From Candidatus Eiseniibacteriota bacterium (GTDB lineage: Bacteria > Eisenbacteria > RBG-16-71-46), in the NCBI GenBank assembly GCA_963707915.1, contig OY970178.1, positions 320,001 through 384,000 on the forward strand: 64,000 nucleotides of DNA, read 5' to 3'. Made by a program: the position numbers and the translations under genes. Shown one piece after another: positions 1-7,799 of the stretch. Under the pieces are notes generated by a model, which saw only the letters and a list, made by a program, of their open reading frames with translations, was not told the origin of the DNA and made no database searches. How positions within the stretch are numbered: the stretch's first letter is position 1; the number at the start of each line of letters is the position of its first letter.

Positions 1-688
1 CCGGCGCGCCCCGCGCGCCATGGCGGTGCTGCGGCCGCTCCGGGTGGTGATCGAGAACTACCCCGAGGGGCAGGTCGAGGAGATGGAGGCGATCAACAAC
101 CCCGAGGACGCCGCGATGGGCTCGCGCCGGGTGCCGTTCTCGCGGGTGGTCTACATCGAGCAGGACGACTTCCGCGAGGTGCCGCCGCCGAAGTACCACC
201 GCCTGAGCCCGGGCGTGGAGGTGCGGCTGCGCTACGCCTACCTGGTCACCTGCACCGGCGTGGTCAAGGACCCCGCGACCGGCGAGGTGGTCGAGGTGCG
301 CGCCCGCTACGATCCGGCCACGCGCGGCGGCGACACGCCCGACGGGCGCAAGGTGAAGGCCACGATCCACTGGGTGTCGGCGGCCCACGCGATCGAGGGC
401 GAGGTGCGGCTCTACGAGACGCTCTTCGGCGTGGAGGTCCCCGAGGCCGTGCCGGAGGGCCAGGACTTCACGCGCAGCCTCAACCCGCGGTCGCTGGAGA
501 CCCTGAAGGGCTGCAAGCTCGAGCCCTCGCTGGCCATGGCGGTGCCCGGCGCGCCGTGCCAGTTCGAGCGGCTCGGCTACTTCTGCGCCGACCCGGCGGA
601 CTCCCGCCCCGGCGCGCCGGTCTTCAACCGGACGGTCACCCTGAAGGACGCCTGGGCGAAGATCGAGAGGAAGCAGGGCCGGGGCTGA
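1..688 (+). CDS. glnS: Glutaminyl-tRNA synthetase, C-terminal part (5' truncated by window edge)
   Basis: Frame is open from base 2 ([13 protein letters not shown]). GlnRS anticodon-binding domain motifs: [42 protein letters not shown]. Confidence 0.95.
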   Translation, partial: RRAPRAMAVLRPLRVVIENYPEGQVEEMEAINNPEDAAMGSRRVPFSRVVYIEQDDFREVPPPKYHRLSPGVEVRLRYAYLVTCTGVVKDPATGEVVEVRARYDPATRGGDTPDGRKVKATIHWVSAAHAIEGEVRLYETLFGVEVPEAVPEGQDFTRSLNPRSLETLKGCKLEPSLAMAVPGAPCQFERLGYFCADPADSRPGAPVFNRTVTLKDAWAKIERKQGRG

Positions 689-723
689 CGCCCGGCCCCG
701 CCGCCGGCCGAGGAGCCTCCACC

Positions 724-2196
724 GTGACCGTCCGAGTCCGCTTCGCCCCGAGCCCCACCGGCTTCCTGCACGTCGGGGGCGCGCGCACCGCGCTCTACAA
801 CTACCTGTTCGCGCGCGTCCACGGGGGCGTCTTCGTGCTGCGCATCGAGGACACCGACGCGGCCCGTTCCACCGACGAGTCGGTGACCGCGATCCTCGAC
901 AGCCTGCGCTGGCTCGGGCTCGCCTGGGACGAGGGCCCGGGGGCCGGCGGCGCCCACGGCCCCTACTTCCAGTCCGAGCGCCGCGAGCATTATCGGCGGC
1001 ACGCCGGGGCGCTGCGCGCGGCGGGCCGGGCCTACCCGTGCTACTGCACGCCCGCGGAACTGGAGGCGATGCGGGAGTCGCAGGCGGTCCACAAGGAGCC
1101 GCAGCGCTACGACGGGCGCTGCCGCGGCCTCGACGCGGCAGCCCGCGCCCGGCTCGAGGCCGAGGGCCGCGCCCCGGCGCTGCGCTTCGCGCTCGAGACC
1201 GGGGGGGAGACCGCGTGGCAGGACGTGGTGCGCGACCGCGTCGCCTTCCGCAACGACGTGCTCGACGATTTCGTGCTGCTGCGCGCCGACGGCCTGCCGA
1301 CCTACAACTTCGCCTGCGTGGTGGACGACCACGAGATGGAGATCAGCCACGTCATCCGCGGCGACGACCACATCTCGAACACGCCGCGCCAGGTCGCGCT
1401 CTACGCGGCGCTCGGCTGGGAGCCGCCGGTCTTCGCCCACGTCTCCATGATCCTCGGCAGCGACGGCTCGAGGCTCTCGAAGCGGCACGGCGCCACGTCG
1501 GTGGCGGCCTACCACGAGCTGGGCTACCTGCCGGCCGCGATGGTCAACTTCCTGGCGCTGCTGGGCTGGGCCTACGACGACAAGACGGAGCTGTTCACGC
1601 TCGCCGAGCTGGAGCGGGTCTTCCGGCTCGAGCGGGTGAGCCGCAACCCGGCGGTCTTCAATCTCGAGAAGCTGGACTGGCTGAACGGCCAGCACCTGAA
1701 GCGGCTCCCCGAGAGCGAGCGCACGGAGCTCGTCACGCGCTTCCTCGCGGGGCGCGGCTTCGACCTCGCGCGACATCCCGCGGAATGGTGGACGGCGCTG
1801 GTGCGCACGCTCGGCGACCGGCTCAGGACCCTGGCCGACGCGGAGAGCATCGGGGCGTTCGCGTTGCGGGAGACGCTCGAGACCGAGCCGGCGGCGTGGG
1901 CCGAGCTGCTGGGGAAGCCGGCGACCGGCCGGCGGCTCGAGCAACTGGCGGAGGCCCTAGCGGCCGACGAGGACTTCACGCTCGAGAGCCTCGAGCGAGC
2001 GACCCGCGGCCTGGCGGCCGCGCAGGGGGTGAAGCCGGGGGAGCTCATGGGCACCGCGCGAATCGCCCTGACCGGCCGCAAGACCGCGCCGGGACTGTTC
2101 GAGGTGATGTGGCTGTTGGGCCGCGAGCGGGCGGTGGGGCGGCTGCGGCACGCCGCCGCGCGCTGGAGCGCGGAGTCCGCCCTCGCCGGCGGCTGA
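724..2196 (+). CDS. gltX: Glutamyl-tRNA synthetase
   Basis: VRVRFAPSPTGFLHVGG (HIGH), LRIEDTD, RGDDH, RLSKR (KMSKS). GTG start at 724 after a GAGGAG SD. Confidence 0.96.
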   Translation: MTVRVRFAPSPTGFLHVGGARTALYNYLFARVHGGVFVLRIEDTDAARSTDESVTAILDSLRWLGLAWDEGPGAGGAHGPYFQSERREHYRRHAGALRAAGRAYPCYCTPAELEAMRESQAVHKEPQRYDGRCRGLDAAARARLEAEGRAPALRFALETGGETAWQDVVRDRVAFRNDVLDDFVLLRADGLPTYNFACVVDDHEMEISHVIRGDDHISNTPRQVALYAALGWEPPVFAHVSMILGSDGSRLSKRHGATSVAAYHELGYLPAAMVNFLALLGWAYDDKTELFTLAELERVFRLERVSRNPAVFNLEKLDWLNGQHLKRLPESERTELVTRFLAGRGFDLARHPAEWWTALVRTLGDRLRTLADAESIGAFALRETLETEPAAWAELLGKPATGRRLEQLAEALAADEDFTLESLERATRGLAAAQGVKPGELMGTARIALTGRKTAPGLFEVMWLLGRERAVGRLRHAAARWSAESALAGG

Positions 2197-2216
2197 TCGG
2201 CGGGGCGCCGGCCGCC

Positions 2217-2246
2217 TTGTCCGGGAAGGCGCCCTTGGGTTACATT
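2217..2246 (+). promoter_or_regulatory. Putative sigma70 promoter for tRNA-Gln
   Basis: TTGTCC-N18-TACATT, 20 nt upstream of the tRNA. Confidence 0.45.
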
Positions 2247-2266
2247 TCCTGCCGCATCGCCTTGAT

Positions 2267-2340
2267 TGCCCGGTGGTGTAACGGTAGCACGACTGGCTCT
2301 GGACCAGTTAGTCGAGGTTCGAATCCTTGCCGGGCAGCCA
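2267..2340 (+). tRNA. tRNA-Gln(CTG)
   Basis: Acceptor stem TGCCCGG/CCGGGCA (U1-A72), anticodon arm ACTGG-CT-CTG-GA-CCAGT, GTTCGAATC T-loop, encoded CCA. Confidence 0.97.
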
Positions 2341-2431
2341 TCTCTTCGGTACGCGCGCCTGCGGCGTTCCCTGACGCCTGCGGCGCGAACGCCCCGGTGG
2401 CCGATGGCCGGATGCGGTCGCCGGTGGGCGC

Positions 2432-2460
2432 TTGACGCTCCCGCCACCGGTGGATAGATT
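2432..2460 (+). promoter_or_regulatory. Putative sigma70 promoter for tRNA-Glu
   Basis: TTGACG-N17-TAGATT, 15 nt upstream of the tRNA. Confidence 0.7.
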
Positions 2461-2475
2461 CCCCGCCTTCATCGT

Positions 2476-2551
2476 GGCGCTATCGTCTAGGGGTCTAGGA
2501 CAGGTGGTTCTCAGCCATCAGACCGGGGTTCGAATCCCCGTAGCGCTACCA
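2476..2551 (+). tRNA. tRNA-Glu(CTC)
   Basis: Acceptor stem GGCGCTA/TAGCGCT, anticodon arm GGTGG-TT-CTC-AG-CCATC, GGTTCGAATCC T-arm, encoded CCA. Confidence 0.97.
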
Positions 2552-2562
2552 GCCTCGTGAAC

Positions 2563-2592
2563 GCCCGCGGAGCCGCCTCCGCGGGCTTCGTC
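2563..2592 (+). terminator. Hairpin terminator after tRNA-Glu
   Basis: Perfect 10-bp stem GCCCGCGGAG-ccgc-CTCCGCGGGC followed by a weak T-tract (TTCGTC). Confidence 0.6.
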
Positions 2593-2832
2593 GTCGGCCC
2601 CGGGGCGCGGCCCGGTCGCCGGGCGGGCCGTGCCCCGCGATCGCGAGCTCGCCGGCCGCGGTTCATGGCACGGGCCCGCCGGCGTGCGGTACGATCGGCC
2701 CGTCCACGCGCGGGTGGGGAAGCGGGGGGACGGCGGGCGCTTCCGCGACGCCGGGTCCCGCAGGGAGTCGGTCGCCGGGCCGGTCGCGGCCGGAGCCGGC
2801 GGACGAGGGCCCGCGGAGGCAGGAGGCAGGGC

Positions 2833-3750
2833 GTGAGCGTCGCGAAGCGCAGCTTCGGAAGCACCGGCGTCATGGTCTCGGAGATCGGGTTCGGCTGCGG
2901 CGGTTACTGGGGCTTCCCCCATTTCCCCGAGAAGCGGGCCGCCGAGATCCTCGACCTGGCGCTCGAGCACGGTGTCGACCTGGTGGACACGGGACCGAAC
3001 TACTCCGGCGGGAACGCGGAGCCGCGCCTCGGGAGGATCCTCGCGGGCCGGCGTGAGCAGGTCTTCCTGGCGACCAAGGTCGGCACGCGGGCCGAGCGGG
3101 GCCGGGTGGTGAAGGACTGGAGCGCGGGCGGCATCCGGGCCTCGGTGGAGGCCAGCCTCGGGAGGCTGCGAACCGACCGGCTCGACCTGGTCCAACTCCA
3201 CTCGCCGTCACCCGACGTCCTCGAGAACGAGGGGACCCTGGGGGCGCTCGCCGCGCTGAAGCGCGACGGCCTCGTCCGCTTCGTCGGCCTCTCCACCGAC
3301 GCGAAGCTCGCGACGCGGGCGATCGAGCTCGGGGTCTTCGACTGCGTCATGCTCACCTACAACATCCTCCACCAGCGTTCCAGCGAGCGGGTCGCGGGGA
3401 TCGCGGCAGGGGCGGGCCGGGCGGTGCTCGCCCGCTCGCCGATGGCCCACGCGGTCTACGAGGCGGCGCTCTTCCGGCCGACCTCGTGGGCGCGGGTCTG
3501 GTATCTGCTCCGGGCACTCAGGAACTTCCGCGGCGACGTCGCGAAGGGCCGTTCCCTCCGCTTCCTGCAGGGCTGGGAAGGCTGGTCCGGCCCGCGTGCG
3601 GCGCTCCGCTACGTGCTCGAGAACCCGCTCGTGACGTCGGCGGTCATCGGCACGACGGACCCCCGCCACCTGCTGGACAACCTCTCCGTCTCCGGCGGTC
3701 CGGCACTGCCCCGGGAGCTCTTCGAGCGGATCCGCGGCATCGATCCCTGA
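2833..3750 (+). CDS. Aldo/keto reductase
   Basis: VSEIGFG, VDTGPNY, ATKVG, SLGRLRTDRLDLVQLH. AGGAGG SD before GTG 2833. Confidence 0.9.
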   Translation: MSVAKRSFGSTGVMVSEIGFGCGGYWGFPHFPEKRAAEILDLALEHGVDLVDTGPNYSGGNAEPRLGRILAGRREQVFLATKVGTRAERGRVVKDWSAGGIRASVEASLGRLRTDRLDLVQLHSPSPDVLENEGTLGALAALKRDGLVRFVGLSTDAKLATRAIELGVFDCVMLTYNILHQRSSERVAGIAAGAGRAVLARSPMAHAVYEAALFRPTSWARVWYLLRALRNFRGDVAKGRSLRFLQGWEGWSGPRAALRYVLENPLVTSAVIGTTDPRHLLDNLSVSGGPALPRELFERIRGIDP

Positions 3751-3904
3751 TCCGGCGCCGGCTGCGGCCCGGGCGAGCCGGGCGCGATCCCGCCCGGTGC
3801 GCCCCGGGGCCGCTTCCAGGCCCGCCGATCCACCATCGGGCGAAATGCAATCCGCGCTGCACATTGCGGGGCGCGATTCGACTAACACATTACAGTCGCT
3901 ATAC

Positions 3905-3937
3905 TTGACACCCCTGTTCGGTGGCCCATAGAATGCT
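3905..3937 (+). promoter_or_regulatory. Overlapping sigma70 and sigma54 promoter motifs upstream of the EPS operon
   Basis: TTGACA-N18-TAGAAT at 3905-3934. TGGCCCATAGAATGCT (GG-N10-GC) at 3922-3937. Confidence 0.6.
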
Positions 3938-4194
3938 CGGGTCCGGGGTGGGTGTCAGAATCCTCGCTTCCTTGCATGATGGGTGATTCCTGGAGCGCTA
4001 CCAGCCGATTCTCCCGGTGACGGGCGGGTCGGCAGGCCGCGGGACTGGATACGCTGCCCCGCATCGGACCCAGAACGACGCGCAACCATCCCTGACCACG
4101 ACGTGCCCGGCGCCCCTCGCCGAAGACCCGCCTCCCGGGCCCGCGTCAGGCTGAGCAGTGGTCGGCAGCGACGACTCGCCGCAGGATCGAGCCC

Positions 4195-6846
4195 ATGAAG
4201 AAGACGCAGCGATACCTGATCCTCACGCTGGGCTACGCGCTGCTCCTGCAGCTGGCCTTCGCGGGAGCCCTGCTGCTGCGCTTCGAAGGTGTCGTTCCCG
4301 CCCACTTCTGGCACGGCTACCTGCTGTCCGCGCCGTGGTTCACCGGGCTCTCCCTGGCCGGGTTCTACGTGGCCGGCCTCTACCACGGGCTGTGGCGCTA
4401 CGCCAGCACGGTGACGCTCTTCCAGATCCTCAAGGGGGTCACGCTCTCGGCCCTCTCCCTCGCGATCATCAGCCTGTTCTCCTACGACCTGCTCTTCCCG
4501 CGCAGCGTCATCGTCCTGGTGTGGCTGTGGGAGATCATCTTCATGGGCGGCGTGCGCTTCGCGTGGCGGCTCTCGCGCGAGCGCGTGCTGGGGCCGACGC
4601 CGCTGCGGGCGGGCCGCGCGGTGGTCGTCGGCGCGGGGCACGCGGGCATGCACCTGATCACCGAGATGCGCCGCGGGCCGGCGGGCAACGAGGTCCTGCA
4701 GCCGGTGGGCTTCATCGACGACGACCCGCACCTGGCCGGCCACCTGCTCGAGGGCGTGAAGGTGCTCGGCAGCATCGCCGACCTGCCGCGCGTGATCGAG
4801 GAGCAGCGGGTCGAGATCGTGATCGTCTCGGACCCCGCGCTGCCGGCGAAGGTGGTGCGCGAGATCGCGCGCTTCTGTGTCGAGGCCCACGTCCGGGTGA
4901 AGACGCTCTCCGGGCTCTCCGACCTGCACCACGGCCGCTCGACGCTCTCGCAGATGCGCGACGTGAGCATCGAGGACCTGCTGGGGCGCCAGCCCGTGCA
5001 CCTGCACCTGACCGAGGTGGCCGAGTTCCTGCGCAGCCAGCGCGTGCTGGTGACCGGCGCGGGCGGCTCGATCGGTTCCGAGCTGGCGCGCCAGGTGGCG
5101 AGCTTCGGCCCGGCCTGCCTGGTCCTGCTGGACCACGCGGAGAACGGGCTCTACTACGTCCAGAACGAGCTGGTCGCCCAGTACCCGTCGTTGCCGATCC
5201 ACGGCGTGGTGGCCGACGTCCGCGACGCCGAGGCGGTCGAACTGGCCTGCCTGAAGTTCCGGCCCTCGGTGGTGTTCCACGCCGCGGCGCACAAGCACGT
5301 CCCGCTGCTCGAGACCAATCCGCGCGAGGCCGTGCTCAACAACGTGGTGGGCACGCGCAACCTGCTGGACGCCGCCGAGCGCCACGGCGTGGGCAAGTTC
5401 GTGCTCATCTCCACGGACAAGGCGGTGAACCCGAGCAGCGTGATGGGCGCGACCAAGCGGATCTGCGAGATGATGATGCAGAGTCGCTCGCACCGCAGCC
5501 ACACGCGCTTCGCGGCGGTGCGCTTCGGCAACGTGCTGGGCAGCGAAGGTTCGGTGGTCCCGCTGTTCCAGCGGCAGATCCAGCGCGGCGGGCCGCTGAC
5601 CGTGACCCATCCGGAGGCGCGCCGTTTCTTCATGACCATCCCCGAGGCGGTGCGGCTGGTGCTGCAGGCCGGATCCATGGGGCGCGGCGGCGAGGTGTTC
5701 CTGCTGGACATGGGCGAGCAGGTGCGGATCGACGACCTGGCCCGGCAGCTGATCCGCATGGCGGGCCTGCGCGAGGGCGAGGACATCGAGATCGTCTACA
5801 CCGGACTGCGCCCGGGGGAGAAGCTCTACGAGGAGCTGCACTCGGACGCCGAGCGCATGCGCATCACCCGCCACGAACGCATCATGGTGTGGGACCTGGA
5901 CGCCCCGCCGGAGTCCGAGCTGCTCCAGGACGTGGACGAGCTGGAAGCCCGCGCCCGGAACGGGGACGCGGCCGGGGTACGCCTGCAGCTGCAGCGGATC
6001 GTCCCCGAGTACCGCGAGCCGACCCCCGAGAGCCTGGCGGCGCCGCAGGGGGACTCGGACCTGGTGGAGCTGCCGGCCCTGTCGCCGGGGAACGCCGATC
6101 CCGTGCCGTTGCCCGGCCCGGAACGCGTGCGGAGCGCGGTCGACGCGCTGGTGGCGTTCGGGCTGATCGTGGTCACGGGGCCGCTCTGGGTGCTGGCCTG
6201 GCTCGAAGCGCGGAGCGCCGGCGAGCGCGATGCGTTCCGCCGCTTCGATTGCGTGGGGCGCAACCGCCGCTGGCGGCGGCGGCGCTCGTCTCCCGACGGG
6301 TCGCCCATCGACCGCCGCAGCGGCGAGCGGCGCACCCAGGACCTGTTCGGCGTCCCCCTGGTCTGCGCCCACTTCCGCGTCGACCTCGGGCCCGTCGGTC
6401 GCTGGCTGGCGCGCCGCAACCTCGACCGCCTGCCGCTGCTCCTGAACGTGCTGCGCGGCGAGCTGGCGATGGTCGGTCCGCGCCCCGAGACGCAGGACGC
6501 CGTGCTGCGCTGGCAGGGCCTCTCGCCGGAGTTCGCGCGCCGCTTCTCGGTGCTGCCCGGGGTGACCGGGCTGGCCCAGCTCTCCGGCTGCCCGGACGCG
6601 GGAGCCGAGGGCATGGCCTGCCGCATCCAGTACGACCTCTACTACATCGATCATCGCTCGCTGCTGCTCGACGTGCGGACGCTGGTCCGCACGGCCCGCG
6701 TGGTCTTCGGCGGGCCGGGCAGGCTCGCGGCGCGTCAGGGCTCCGCGGCGGTGGTCGCAGGGTGCCGGCCGGCAGGGCCGGAGACGACGGGGACCGGCGC
6801 GATCGTCGCGGCCGGCCCGACCCCGGTCAAAGGAGTGACACGATGA
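4195..6846 (+). CDS. CapD/PglF-like nucleotide-sugar 4,6-dehydratase fused to a degenerate C-terminal sugar-phosphate transferase domain
   Basis: N-terminal TM helices, TGAGGSIG, HAAAHKHVP, STDKAVNP, MGATK, GNVLGS, GLRPGEKLYEEL. C-terminal VGPRPE, PGVTGLAQ, YDLYYI. Confidence 0.9.
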   Translation: MKKTQRYLILTLGYALLLQLAFAGALLLRFEGVVPAHFWHGYLLSAPWFTGLSLAGFYVAGLYHGLWRYASTVTLFQILKGVTLSALSLAIISLFSYDLLFPRSVIVLVWLWEIIFMGGVRFAWRLSRERVLGPTPLRAGRAVVVGAGHAGMHLITEMRRGPAGNEVLQPVGFIDDDPHLAGHLLEGVKVLGSIADLPRVIEEQRVEIVIVSDPALPAKVVREIARFCVEAHVRVKTLSGLSDLHHGRSTLSQMRDVSIEDLLGRQPVHLHLTEVAEFLRSQRVLVTGAGGSIGSELARQVASFGPACLVLLDHAENGLYYVQNELVAQYPSLPIHGVVADVRDAEAVELACLKFRPSVVFHAAAHKHVPLLETNPREAVLNNVVGTRNLLDAAERHGVGKFVLISTDKAVNPSSVMGATKRICEMMMQSRSHRSHTRFAAVRFGNVLGSEGSVVPLFQRQIQRGGPLTVTHPEARRFFMTIPEAVRLVLQAGSMGRGGEVFLLDMGEQVRIDDLARQLIRMAGLREGEDIEIVYTGLRPGEKLYEELHSDAERMRITRHERIMVWDLDAPPESELLQDVDELEARARNGDAAGVRLQLQRIVPEYREPTPESLAAPQGDSDLVELPALSPGNADPVPLPGPERVRSAVDALVAFGLIVVTGPLWVLAWLEARSAGERDAFRRFDCVGRNRRWRRRRSSPDGSPIDRRSGERRTQDLFGVPLVCAHFRVDLGPVGRWLARRNLDRLPLLLNVLRGELAMVGPRPETQDAVLRWQGLSPEFARRFSVLPGVTGLAQLSGCPDAGAEGMACRIQYDLYYIDHRSLLLDVRTLVRTARVVFGGPGRLAARQGSAAVVAGCRPAGPETTGTGAIVAAGPTPVKGVTR

Positions 6847-7799
6847 GACGGTCCTGGCTGGCGATGATGGGGATGGCCTTCGCACTGGGGACCCTGACGG
6901 CCGCGGCGCCGGCGCGCGCCGAGGAGTACACGATCGGGCCCGAGGACGTCCTGCAGGTCTCCGTCTGGATGCACCCGGAGCTGGAGCGCACGGTCACCGT
7001 GGACGCGGACAGCAGCATCACGTTCCCGCCGGTGGGCGGCCTCAAGGCCGGCGGCCAGACCACCAGCCAGCTGGCCACGCGGCTCGCGGACCGGCTGTCG
7101 AGCTACCTGCGCCAGACCGCCACGGTGACGGTGACCGTCAGGCAGTACCTGAGCCAGAGCGTGTTCGTCTCGGGCGGTGTGGCCACGCCGGCACGGTACG
7201 GCTTCGAGCGGTTGCCCGGGCTGATCGACGTCATCAGCCGGGCGGGCGGCGCGATCGCCGGCGCGGACCTCTCCCAGGTGCAGATCATCCGGCGGGAAGG
7301 GGACCTGCGACGCCCGCAGACGGTGGACGTGGCCCGTGCGCTGCGCCAGGGCTCCGACGCGGGACTGCCGGCGCTCCGGCCGGGGGACGTGGTCGTGGTC
7401 CCGGTGGAGGCCGCCCGCGGGGCCGCGACCGGGAGCGACGTCGTCGGCGTGCTGGGCGAGGTGACGCGGCCGGGCCTGTACCCGGTCGGGTCGGGCCAGA
7501 GCCTGTGGATGGTCCTGGCCGCGGCGGGCGGAGTCACTCCGGTGGGCAAGCTGGCGGACGTGCGGGTCGTGCGCCCGAAGGACGCCGGCACGTCGGTCTT
7601 CAGCGTGAACCTCAAGCAGCAGCTGGCCAACGGCGCGCGCGAGTCGTTCGTGGTCAGCCCGGGCGACGTGGTGTTCGTCGCCGGCCGCGGCGGCCTGGCC
7701 AACACCTGGATCGCCCTGACGCAGTTCCTCTCGATCTCCCGCGACCTGGCGAACATCGTCGTGGTCGCCGACTACCTCAACCGCCAGAGCGGCAACTGA
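6843..7799 (+). CDS. Polysaccharide export protein (Wza-like, Poly_export plus SLBB domains)
   Basis: Signal peptide ending ARA, YTIGPEDVLQVSVW, two SLBB repeats (GEVTRPGLY, LRPGDVVVVP). ATGA overlap with the upstream gene. Confidence 0.88.
   Translation: MRRSWLAMMGMAFALGTLTAAAPARAEEYTIGPEDVLQVSVWMHPELERTVTVDADSSITFPPVGGLKAGGQTTSQLATRLADRLSSYLRQTATVTVTVRQYLSQSVFVSGGVATPARYGFERLPGLIDVISRAGGAIAGADLSQVQIIRREGDLRRPQTVDVARALRQGSDAGLPALRPGDVVVVPVEAARGAATGSDVVGVLGEVTRPGLYPVGSGQSLWMVLAAAGGVTPVGKLADVRVVRPKDAGTSVFSVNLKQQLANGARESFVVSPGDVVFVAGRGGLANTWIALTQFLSISRDLANIVVVADYLNRQSGN

Noticed and set aside
2666..2680. TGGCACG upstream of the aldo/keto reductase as a sigma54 site
   Set aside because: GG to GC spacing is 9 nt, not the required 10.
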